Notes under the pieces: generated by a model
What the model was told of the DNA's origin: nothing
The model's database searches: none
What the model saw: only the letters and a program-made list of their open reading frames with translations
From: Vairimorpha necatrix
Taxonomy: Eukaryota
Direction of reading: 5' to 3'
Assembly: GCA_036630325.1 (NCBI GenBank)
Contig: CP142737.1
Span: 930,001 to 992,507 of the forward strand
Length of the DNA stretch: 62,507 bases
Program-made: the position numbers and the translations under genes
Part shown: in pieces, positions 1 through 9,846 of the stretch
Layout of the letters: the number at the start of each line of letters is the position of its first letter
Position numbering within the stretch: position 1 is the first letter of the stretch

Positions 1-380
1 GGAATTTACTGTTAAAGAAATGATTTTTCTTACACTTTTAATTCTAATTCCAAGAAATTCCGCAATAGCTTTATACTTTACATTAACAGACCATGATTTA
101 ATAATTAATAACATAGTATTAATTCCAAGCTTGTTATTGTAGAATGGAGTGTTTTTTAATAAAGACCATTTACTTCTACATTTAGACCAAGTACATCGAA
201 AAATAAAATTTTCATTATATTTTTTACTTATAGAACCACATTTTATACATGATTTGCTTGTTTTTTCAATATATTTTAAAAAAATTTCAAAAAGTTTTTC
301 CTCTTGACTTTTCATTTTTGGGGTGATTTTTTTAAAAATTCCTTTTAAGGGATTTTTGGCCCCCAGACTGCCATAGCCCC
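1..380 (-). mobile_element. Merlin (IS1016/IS1595-like) DNA transposon, partial copy cut by the window start
   Basis: Near-identical to 12849-13205; ends in a full TIR (...gggatttttggcccccagactgccatagcccc) that is the reverse complement of the left end of the 12259-13205 element. Confidence 0.9.
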
Positions 381-650
381 GGAATAGTAACTAATTTTCA
401 CCGTACGCATATCAAAGTGCTCAGATTAGAACCCAGAACGCAAGAATATATACAGTCAAGAGTCCTTAAAATGACTTTAGAAAGCCTAACTATGTCAGCC
501 AGACATGGGCTTGATACAGATCAGGAAGGGGTCTCCGAGAGCCCAATGAGTGAATCTAAGAAGGAAGTTCTGGAACTGCCAGATGAGACTGTAAGCGTAT
601 CTTGTGAAAAGTAATTAATAAGCCGAATATTATATCCAATTAAATTATAT
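381..650 (+). mobile_element. 3' fragment of an RLE-type non-LTR retrotransposon (family A)
   Basis: From 381 reads GIVTNFHRTHIKVLRLEPRTQEYIQSRVLKMTLESL, matching the (WD)GxVTxxH...EAYIQxxVLKKTLESI C-terminal pattern of RLE LINEs; includes ORF 417-614. 3' boundary approximate. Confidence 0.7.
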
Positions 651-1044
651 AGTATATTATGTATAGTACCGATTTAGTAGGTTACATATTCAAATGTAGA
701 AATCTATATATTAGTTAAAACATCCATTCGTATATTTTTTTATAAGGGACCAAAACAAACGAAAGGTTGTAATTTACTTTTTCATGCTGAATTTATGAAA
801 GCATTAGATTACCTATTGATACAATTGACTGGCTTGAATATTTTTATTGTTTATGTATCAATATTTAAGCATAAAAATAACGAAACTAGAACGTAGAAGA
901 ATATATACGCTAATACATATGGGTAACAAATGGGAGATTCTTTTACTATTGTTTTAAAATTTATTTCAATTTTCTTATATCATCTACTTTATTATGTTGA
1001 TTTACCATATATTACGTATCCTAGTAGAATTTAGCATATGTAAA

Positions 1045-1353
1045 ATAAATGAATTTATTTAGTTATGCTATTTGTAAATTATAATACAAATAGAATAGAT
1101 TCCGCGTTAGCGTCTCCTGCTTGTACGTGGCTTCTCTTCTCTATAGTCCTTTCCACACGGCTTCGTCTTCTCTCCTTCTGTAGTCTAAAGAAATGCATTC
1201 TAGCGTCTTCTTTAGCGCGTTCTTTTAATGTACACTTCTACCTTCTTGGGGATTTCAAGTCTTGTGGTACAAGATTTGTTAAAGTTAGTCACTATACGAT
1301 CCCAAGTGATTACGTAGAGGATGTTTCTGTTTTAAACCTTATATTAGGCCCAG
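1045..1353 (-). mobile_element. 5'-truncated RLE-type LINE (family B) with 14-bp target-site duplication
   Basis: Reverse complement of the 32290-32572 fragment (shares caggagacgctaacgcgga); flanked by TTAGCATATGTAAA at 1031-1044 and 1354-1367; 3' end attcatttat. Confidence 0.8.
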
Positions 1354-2460
1354 TTAGCATATGTAAATATTAATATTAATATATTGGGTTTTATTAATTT
1401 ATTATAATTTGTTTTACATGTGATCTTAACAATAGAATATGTATTATTTCATAATTATTTACGATTTCTGAGTGTAAAAGATATTTTTACGCTAATAAGT
1501 GTTTAGTCTACAATATATATTGTTAGCATACTTTACTAAAATTAATTATTTCATTAGTTTATTAGTTATGGCGTAGCGGTGGTGCTAAAAATCTAATACG
1601 TAAATAAAAAGCGGCATTTGCCCCTCTTCGTTTGTATATATTACAATACAATATGTAGAAGAAATCAAATGATACGAATTGACGATAAGCACAATTTTTT
1701 AAAATAAATCCTAAAACTTATTTTTAGGTAAGTAATAGACTTTTTAGGAAACCTCACTAGACAATAAGCCTTAAAACTTACCTCACCACTATTTATCTGT
1801 GTAATTTTTGTATTTCAACTTTTTTTTGTAAAACAATTTAAAGTTCTACGAAAATATACAACTTTTACGGCTAAAAAAGAAAACAAAAAAAAATTAAAGT
1901 ATAAAAAGACTGTCTTTTTTAACAATTAAATGAGAGGAAAAACACACATAGAAACATTAGTTGACATTGTAAAGCTTAACTTTGCTAAGATGTTATAGAA
2001 TGAGTATTTTTAATAATCTAATCGAATCTTTATGAAAGTTCGTTAAAAGAACCCCCAAAGCTGATACTTTATATAGGATGCGTATCATTTCTGAAGTAAT
2101 TTAACAATTAATTTTGATATGTTCTATCAACTACGTCTACTAGTAGGATATTTTTTATTTAAATTATAACTGTAGATAAAAACTTTTTTAAACCATGCAA
2201 TTTGCGAAAAAATTTAAATCAAATCTTATAGTCAAACAGCTTTCTTCTTTCTCTAAAGTTATTTATTGCATTTAAGCCTGTAATATTTGTATGTAATCCA
2301 AGAATGATATTTGCAAAATTAAATGTTTATTTTTATGTTATTTAAAAACATTAAGAATTCATTTACTTAAATCGAAAATGTTTCTAATCTTTTTCATAAA
2401 TTTGTGACCAAACTATGAAAATCTATAATTAATTTTAAGAGGAAAAAACGAAATAAACGA

Positions 2461-2569
2461 TGTAGGAAGTGCCACATATGTCAAATATATTGTGTCCGTG
2501 TTTTGATATATTTGACATGTTGTTTCTTAAATATTTTATAATAAATAAACCCATGTTTTCATTCCAACA
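2461..2569 (+). repeat. 5' LTR (109 bp)
   Basis: tgtaggaagt...attccaaca, identical to 6051-6159; contains a 13-bp hairpin, AATAAA and CCC-ATG. Confidence 0.97.
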
Positions 2570-5500
2570 ATTTGGCGAGAACGACAAGAAAGAGTTGATA
2601 TTTAGAAATGAAGAGGATGATGACCCACAGCAGTTCGTGGAGGACATTTTAGAGGTGGGGAGGTTGCTGGAGTACAGCGAGGGGAAACTGATGCTCCTGT
2701 TCAAAATGTCTCTAAAGGATGAAGCGAGCGACTGGATTAATTCACTGCCAGTAGGACTTAGATTTGATAAGCTAATTGAATTATTTAAAGAAAGATTTTT
2801 TAGTAAAATGCAGTTAAAAATATGCATTGATAAACTTTCGGCGTTAGTATACCATGGAGGCTCGATTTTAAATTATTTGGATAAGATGGCGGGACTAGCA
2901 CGCAAAGGTAATGTCCCGGAGAGTATATTAATTGCCTTTGCGTTAAAAGGACTACCCAAGGAGTTGGCAAATTTGGTGCTAGTAAATAATAAAGATACCT
3001 TATCGTGGAGGTACATTTACAGAGCTCTGAGTAATATGAAGTCAGCGAATGTCCAAAGATATACAGAAGTGGCTCGAGGAGAATCTAGGGAGGTAGATGC
3101 GATAAAAGAAAAGGTCTGGTGGAACAATAATGAGAAAACAGAAAAAAATGGAAAAATTAAGTGTTTTATTTGCGGGAAAAGGGGCCATATAGTTTCACAA
3201 TGCAAATTCAATAGCTTCCATAAGAATGTTAGAGCTGTAGAAAAGGCCACAGAGAAGGAGGAACAAAATGAGGAAAATGATTCTTATAAGTTTATTTTTA
3301 ACTATTCCGTGTCGAAGTCTAAGGACATTAGAACAACACTTAAAGCTGCGTCATTATTCAATTCAGGAGGAAAATTCAAAGTACTGATTGATACAGGAGC
3401 CGATTTAAATCTTATTAGACCAGAACTGTTACCGAATAAAACTGTTGTTAATATTTCGAAACAACAGCTTAGAGCAGCAAATGGTTCGAGGATAAAAATT
3501 ATTGGTGAAACGGTAGTTAAAATTAAAATTGATGGGATGATATTTGAGGATAAATTCATTATAACAAGAGATATCACAATCCCATGCATCATAGGACATG
3601 GGCTACTCGATAAATACAGAATTAGTTTAAGATTTGGGGATAATAGAATGGAAATTGAATCTGGACAAATGGCAAAGGGTAAAGCCATAGGATACCATAA
3701 AATCATCACGAAGGATGATAACCCAATATTATCACAGTTATACAAGTTGGGTGCTGCAAAAGAGGACATAGCATCGAAAATAATAAAAGAATATCTTAGC
3801 TTAGGAATAATAAGACCTAGTGAAAGTTCATGGAGAAGCCCAATAATTATTGTTCCAAAAAAGAATGGAGACCATAGGCTATGCGTGGATTATAGAAGAC
3901 TGAATGACGTGACGATTAGGGATGCATATCCAATGCCCCGTGTAGAAGAATTCATAAACGCATTAGAAGGTGCTACTTACTTTACCAAATTAGACGCTGA
4001 ATCTGGCTATCACCAAATAGATATGGCGCCTTGTGATATTGAGAAGACAGCTTTTGCCTGTAGAGAAGGGTTATTCGAATTTACTAAAATGCCATTTGGG
4101 CTTGTTAACGGACCAGCTACATTTCAGCGGGTGATGAATGATATATTAAGGGAATTTTTGTTTAAGTTTGTTGTAGTATATATGGATGATATACTAATTT
4201 ATAGTAAAACTGAAGAAGACCATAGGAGAGATGTTCAAATGGTATTGGAAAAGCTCAAATCGGTAGGATTGAAACTTAATCAGGAGAAATGCGAATTTAA
4301 GAAGACCGAGTTAAGAATTTTAGGTCATGTAATATCAAAGGAAGGAATAAGGGTAGATGAAGAGAGAGTGAGGAGTATTCAGAAGCTACCAATCCCTAAA
4401 AATAAGAAAAAGCTACAATCATTGTTGGGGTTGTATAATTACTGGGCAAAATTTATAAAAAACAGTCACAAGATAATTAGCCCATTATTTGATATAATCA
4501 GGCTCAAGAATGAGGACGCTGAGAACTTTTGGAAAAATGTAGAACAAAACGCTAAATATCGTAAGGATATTGAAGAGGTAAAACAGGCCATGAAGAGAAC
4601 GGCCTTGTTGACTATCCCAAACTTGAAGGATAAGTTCATTTTGACAACAGATGCATCAAACGAGGGATGTGGCGCCACTTTGGCACAAGTAATTGGAGGA
4701 AAAGAAAAGATTGTTTCTTATTACAGCTCCCTGCACTCAAAGACGGAAAAGAATTACTCCACGACGGAACAAGAACTATTGGCGGTAATAAAATCCATTC
4801 AACATTTCAGAGAATACTTATTATTAGGTAAGTTTACATTAAAAACTGATCATCAAGCTCTGAAATATTTATTTAAGTCTAGAAACGTCAAAGCTAGGCT
4901 GGCTAGATGGTCATTGATTTTACAAGAATATGACTTTGATATTGAATACATAACAGGACCATCAAACCATACAGATCACCTGAGCAGAGAATTTAAAAAG
5001 GAGGGAGAGAATGTTTTGGAAATTCATTTAGTACAAAAGAAAGTTATAAAAAAAGAGAGAACATCGGTATTGTTAAAGTTTTATCATGATTTATTGGGCC
5101 ACGGATCAAAACAAAACATGAAGTACAATATTGGTCAAAAATACACCTGGAAGCATATGAACAAAGATATAGAAGACTATGTAGACAACTGTGAAGTTTG
5201 TCAAAAGGAAAAACCTCAGAGAAAATTTAAAGATATTGTACCAGTGGTAGCAAATAAATTAGGAGAAATCTGGGAGTTAGACATGGTAGGCCCTCTGAAA
5301 GAGAGTGAGCAAGGATACAAGTTTTTATTAACAATGATAGACCATTTCTCAAAAATCGCAGAGGTAGTGCCGGTTTATACAAAGGATATGAATACGGTTG
5401 TTTATTTGATCGATAAACATATAGTCAGGAAACATGGAGTTCCGAAAGCCATACTAACTGATAATGGTAAAGAGTTCAGAAATAAAATCTGTGATGAATA

Positions 5501-6050
5501 TGCAAGGATTAAGAATTTCATCTGGAAATATGGTTCCCCCTACAAACCTACGACCACGGGGCTTGTGGAGAGATTTAATAGAACAATGGGTTCAAAGTTA
5601 AGGAAAATTACGGAATTTGGGAAATTTGATTGGGCAAAATGCGTTCCTAAATTGGTCAAGGCCTATATGCAGTCTGACCATAGGGCTATAGGCTGCGCCC
5701 CAGTAGAACTTATTACAGGAATGGTGCTTAATAAATTGGACTTACAGGAAGGGATTAAGACATCAAAAGAAAAGAAAGAATATCAGGAACAGGCCATTAA
5801 AAATTTAGAAGCCTACAGACTTGAGTATAACACGGGTGGAAAGAAAAATGGTGAGAGTAAGGAAACCATAAAGGTTGGAGATAGGGTCTGGTACTATTTA
5901 ATTCTCCCTATAAGAGGAAAACTTGAACCTAAATGGGAAGAAAAAGGAGTGGTAGTAGAACAAAAATTTCATTCATTTAAAGTTTTATTGGACAGTGGAA
6001 AAACAGTTACGGCAAGCCGAAATCATGTAAAGCTTTTAAAGGAGGGGTAG
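2553..6050 (+). CDS. Gag-Pol polyprotein (zinc knuckle, aspartic protease, reverse transcriptase, RNase H, integrase)
   Basis: CFICGKRGHIVSQC (CCHC), LIDTGAD (protease), YMDD (RT), TTDAS (RNase H), H-x4-H...CEVC plus ELDMVG/LTDNG/VERFN (integrase). Start placed at the CCC-ATG at 2553 instead of the ORF-track GTG at 2469 (inference). Confidence 0.95.
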   Translation: MFSFQQFGENDKKELIFRNEEDDDPQQFVEDILEVGRLLEYSEGKLMLLFKMSLKDEASDWINSLPVGLRFDKLIELFKERFFSKMQLKICIDKLSALVYHGGSILNYLDKMAGLARKGNVPESILIAFALKGLPKELANLVLVNNKDTLSWRYIYRALSNMKSANVQRYTEVARGESREVDAIKEKVWWNNNEKTEKNGKIKCFICGKRGHIVSQCKFNSFHKNVRAVEKATEKEEQNEENDSYKFIFNYSVSKSKDIRTTLKAASLFNSGGKFKVLIDTGADLNLIRPELLPNKTVVNISKQQLRAANGSRIKIIGETVVKIKIDGMIFEDKFIITRDITIPCIIGHGLLDKYRISLRFGDNRMEIESGQMAKGKAIGYHKIITKDDNPILSQLYKLGAAKEDIASKIIKEYLSLGIIRPSESSWRSPIIIVPKKNGDHRLCVDYRRLNDVTIRDAYPMPRVEEFINALEGATYFTKLDAESGYHQIDMAPCDIEKTAFACREGLFEFTKMPFGLVNGPATFQRVMNDILREFLFKFVVVYMDDILIYSKTEEDHRRDVQMVLEKLKSVGLKLNQEKCEFKKTELRILGHVISKEGIRVDEERVRSIQKLPIPKNKKKLQSLLGLYNYWAKFIKNSHKIISPLFDIIRLKNEDAENFWKNVEQNAKYRKDIEEVKQAMKRTALLTIPNLKDKFILTTDASNEGCGATLAQVIGGKEKIVSYYSSLHSKTEKNYSTTEQELLAVIKSIQHFREYLLLGKFTLKTDHQALKYLFKSRNVKARLARWSLILQEYDFDIEYITGPSNHTDHLSREFKKEGENVLEIHLVQKKVIKKERTSVLLKFYHDLLGHGSKQNMKYNIGQKYTWKHMNKDIEDYVDNCEVCQKEKPQRKFKDIVPVVANKLGEIWELDMVGPLKESEQGYKFLLTMIDHFSKIAEVVPVYTKDMNTVVYLIDKHIVRKHGVPKAILTDNGKEFRNKICDEYARIKNFIWKYGSPYKPTTTGLVERFNRTMGSKLRKITEFGKFDWAKCVPKLVKAYMQSDHRAIGCAPVELITGMVLNKLDLQEGIKTSKEKKEYQEQAIKNLEAYRLEYNTGGKKNGESKETIKVGDRVWYYLILPIRGKLEPKWEEKGVVVEQKFHSFKVLLDSGKTVTASRNHVKLLKEG
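2573..2589 (+). other. Primer-binding site
   Basis: TGGCGAGAACGACAAGA 3 nt after the 5' LTR; complementary to a tRNA 3' end with discriminator G (Ser-like, tentative). Confidence 0.75.
6038..6050 (+). other. Polypurine tract containing the pol stop codon
   Basis: aaaggaggggtag directly abuts the 3' LTR. Confidence 0.85.
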
Positions 6051-6159
6051 TGTAGGAAGTGCCACATATGTCAAATATATTGTGTCCGTGTTTTGATATA
6101 TTTGACATGTTGTTTCTTAAATATTTTATAATAAATAAACCCATGTTTTCATTCCAACA
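6051..6159 (+). repeat. 3' LTR (109 bp)
   Basis: Identical to 2461-2569, followed by TSD AACGA. Confidence 0.97.
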
Positions 6160-6188
6160 AACGATATAAGGATAAACATTAAAAGTTT

Positions 6189-7397
6189 TTAATTCAAAAG
6201 ATAATCATTACCTAACTGATGAGTTGCTAATAGTGATGCAAGACTCGCAACAAGCATAGGACACGAATTACTATAAAACGTTATGGCTGAATTATTGGTA
6301 TCATCAATCATATTATAACTGCCATTTCGATGCATGTTTAAATGCTTTTCTATGCGACTAATTCTTTCTTCTTCTTTTTTGTCCATATGATCTTCATTAG
6401 TAATATTAGTATTATCCATCATATTGTTGTTGTTTTCTTGAGTGTTCATATTTAATTTTTTACTACTAATATCTTTTTCAGTTAAATTCTTATTATTGCA
6501 TTCCCCACTGTTATTATAATTGCCTTCTTCCTCATGCCTAATTTCTTTTTCGATATCATCATTCATTTGTTTATTGTCATCGTTATCGGGTTTATCTACA
6601 TCACTAATATCTTCTTTAGCAGTAGTATTATGGTTATTATTTTCTTCCATTTTATTATCATTGGTTTCTTCCGTATAACTTCTATCTTTTTCATTATTTA
6701 TGTGTTTACTGTCATTGTTATTGGAAGTTTCCTCATCATTATTATCTTCTCCAGTATTAACAAATTTATCCATCATAGAATCGTCCATTTTTCTCTTTTC
6801 GTCAACAAATTGGTTTTGGGGACCAATGGTAGCGTATAAATCATCAATGATGCGTTTCTGAGCATCTTCACTAAAAATTTGATTAAAATAAGAATTTTTT
6901 GCATCGAATGTTTTTCTTACGTGTTTATCAAGAATATTTTTAACTGTAAGAAGTTTAAGTTTTCCCATTTTGAAATTTATACATAACAAGGTTTGAAATA
7001 ATAGTTTAGTATGATTTGAAATTTCTTTGTGCAACCTAAGAAGCGATTTTTCTTTACTTGCCGCATATTTTGAGATATCGATATTATTTTCTAGACCTTC
7101 AATATATTTACTAGCATCCATATCTGCCAGATCAATTACATATTCTATCATCTGATTCGACTTTGACTTGTGAAAGATTTTAAAAGGAAAATTCATTTTT
7201 TCCAAAACAGCGTCAAATAGTGTTCTTGCTATCTCTTTATATTCATCTTTGTTATTCTGAAGATTATTTTGTAAAGAGTAAGGATTATCTAGTATCGTTT
7301 CACATTTCACTAAATCAATGTTTGTTGCCTCTGTTATGGCGATAAATATCGATAGCTGTAATTTTATAATGGTAGATATTGCAATTAAATACATCAT
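6189..7397 (-). CDS. Hypothetical secreted/surface protein (402 aa) with Asn/Asp/Glu-rich low-complexity region
   Basis: Long ORF in very AT-rich DNA, CCCC-TT-ATG start context, hydrophobic N-terminus, mildly hydrophobic C-terminus; family not recognised. Confidence 0.85.
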   Translation of the reverse strand: MMYLIAISTIIKLQLSIFIAITEATNIDLVKCETILDNPYSLQNNLQNNKDEYKEIARTLFDAVLEKMNFPFKIFHKSKSNQMIEYVIDLADMDASKYIEGLENNIDISKYAASKEKSLLRLHKEISNHTKLLFQTLLCINFKMGKLKLLTVKNILDKHVRKTFDAKNSYFNQIFSEDAQKRIIDDLYATIGPQNQFVDEKRKMDDSMMDKFVNTGEDNNDEETSNNNDSKHINNEKDRSYTEETNDNKMEENNNHNTTAKEDISDVDKPDNDDNKQMNDDIEKEIRHEEEGNYNNSGECNNKNLTEKDISSKKLNMNTQENNNNMMDNTNITNEDHMDKKEEERISRIEKHLNMHRNGSYNMIDDTNNSAITFYSNSCPMLVASLASLLATHQLGNDYLLN

Positions 7398-7403
7398 AAG
7401 GGG
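7398..7403 (-). promoter_or_regulatory. CCC-type start-proximal motif
   Basis: CCCCTT immediately before the ATG, the known microsporidian transcription/translation start signature. Confidence 0.7.
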
Positions 7404-7985
7404 TAAAATAATTTTATTTATTAGTAGGGGAATATTTACTGATTTTATACATCAAAATTACTTTTTTAGAACTTTCTTCGTTTGTTGTATTAGCAGTTTT
7501 TATCACTCATTCTAATAAAATCTTTGTATTTTTAATTTATCAAGATGATAAATTAAAAGAAATAATCAAACAATAAAATTATTATTTACTAATTTATTAT
7601 TCAAATTATATGCATATTTGTTTGTTTTAAACATATTAAATGTATTTATAAATTCAGTAAATAAAAAATTAAAAATTTGGAGGTTTTAACCATAGAATAT
7701 TCTATTTGCTTATTTGTCTACATATTTTTTATATGTATATTAAAAATTGTAAACACACAACGCAAATATTTTTTGTTTTATTTTATAATATTTTAAAGAC
7801 TTATTTTATATTGTTACGTAAAATAAAGTAATAATATAAATCATTTTCGACATTATAATATAGCGTTGACTATATAAGAAACTATTATTGAATACATAAA
7901 ATTATTTAATTCATACTTTAGTCCGTAAACTTAGATCATTTTATCTTTATTTAGAAAATTTTAGCATATTGCATGTATTATTTAT

Positions 7986-8844
7986 GGAGCATTTTCACTT
8001 TATTCCCCCCCCCTACCAATATAAATTAAGAATTTTTAAAAAATAATCCTTTTTTTCGAAATTCGAAGCGGAAAAAATGTGAAGGAGCAAAAGTCAAAAA
8101 AATAAAGTTGTAATAAAATAGCATATTTACCAAAAATAAAACAATTGTTTTTTCGTTTTTTTCCAATTTTTTAAAAATTTCCTTTTTCAGTTATTGATCA
8201 AGATTTATCTTTATTATACATTACAATGTATAACAACAAAAATCTCTATATAAACATATTATATAAGGTTCATTTGCTGTTATAAATGAATATTTTTCAA
8301 GAATTAAAGAATTTATCAAACATGTAATATTTTACTTTTGAAGCTAAAATATAACATATCTTATTAAAATGACATTATATACGATTCAATAATTCTTTAA
8401 AGAGCATAATATAACATTATTTTTTATCTGTTTGTCTAGAAAACCCAATGAAAACCTTAAAAACAAGACTAATAAATATACTACCAAACTAAGAATAACC
8501 AAACCTAGAATCTGTTTTAAACAACATAAACTGTGTATAAACATGTTTATCTTTGGCAAAAATTAAATGTAATGACAAAAGAAAGCAATAGGTTAAAACA
8601 TATTTTTACAAATTTAGACTTCTATTTAACTCATAGTTTATCAGAAAACATTATCAAATTGGTTTAAATAATATATTTTTTATAAACTATGTTCAAATTA
8701 GATATTTCTAAGACCATTTTTTTACTTATGTATATTTTTCTCTGTTCCTTTCCGCTCTAGAAGCTTTGACTTTTGAAAAACAGGGCTAAAAATAAAAAAT
8801 TCTGTATATATATTGGTAAGGGGGGGATAAAGTGAAAATTAGCC
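7986..8844. mobile_element. Non-autonomous Merlin-like MITE (family M1), copy 1
   Basis: TIRs ggagcattttcactttattccccc.../...gggggataaagtgaaaattagcc; inverted near-copy at 27683-28539; no TSD visible at this copy. Confidence 0.85.
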
Positions 8845-9846
8845 CTTTAAATGCATATGAAATATAAATTATAAGATTTTATTTGCCATAAATATATTTT
8901 ATTAACTCCAATACCCCTGCATTGCTTATGAAATTGGCTCTTTCAAACTTTAATATTTTGGGATATTTACGCGTAAGCTATATTTTTACTAGCCTTATCT
9001 TTAAGACGCCACTACCTTTAGAATTTGCATTTTGTACGTTTATCACACTTAGTCACATATTCTATCAGCATCTTCTCAATTTCATCTTTTGCTCTTTTGC
9101 ATTAGACAGACTTTAAAATCTTTTTCATCATATGGACTAACGAATACTGAGAAACGATTGTATCGCTTGTGCCTTGCTATTTATACATGTTTCTAATGTA
9201 ATCAAATGCAAAAGCAAATGTTTTGTTCGGATTTATGTGTTATGTTTAGTTTATTTATAAGAAATTCATTTGCGTTTAATAAAAATTTGCATCTTCATTC
9301 TCTGTTGTTATTATTAAAAATTTTATATTCGTAGCCTTCAATTCATAAAAATGTTATGAAAAGTAATTCCTAAAATAAAAAAAAAATTTAAAAAAGAGAT
9401 ACGTGAAGTATGACTATAAATCAAAAAAAGACATTATAATGATTTTACAAAAAGAGACCATTGATAAATTTAACAGGAAGATTATAATGTTAAAATTATA
9501 AAGGTTATAACCAAAATCGCTTACAAATCGCCAAACAAGAATACCTCTAAATAAAGTAAAATCCAACAATATCCGTAATTTCTATGATGGAGATAGCGAA
9601 TTGCTGTATGAACGATATCCTGCATTTTTGTAAAACAGCTTAGAAAATAAAATAAAAATATTTAACTGATTATTTAAAGGTATCTAAAGCTTTAGTAAAT
9701 GATTCGTGCATTTTTATTCCTTCAGTCTTGTTCAATATTTCTAGAATTATTGTTTCATCTAACATCATTTTAACATTTGCAAAATTTTTTCTTAATTTAA
9801 CCTTTTCTACGTGACATATTTTCATTTCACTTTCGAATAAATTATT

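Larger units (their letters stand above)
2461..6159 (+). mobile_element. Intact Ty3/gypsy LTR retrotransposon, 3699 bp
   Basis: Identical 109-bp TG...CA LTRs, 5-bp TSD AACGA (2456-2460, 6160-6164), PBS, PPT, single uninterrupted gag-pol ORF in PR-RT-RH-IN order. Confidence 0.98.

Noticed and set aside
1065-1373. 102-aa ORF
   Set aside because: Opposite strand of a LINE fragment.
2469-2552. ORF-track N-terminal extension of Gag-Pol from a GTG
   Set aside because: Non-ATG start upstream of the CCC motif; ATG 2553 fits better.
2435-4678. Minus-strand ORFs of 70-155 aa inside the gypsy element
   Set aside because: Antisense shadows of gag-pol with no independent motifs.
6534-7515. Plus-strand hydrophobic ORFs
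   Set aside because: Antisense shadow of the low-complexity 402-aa gene.
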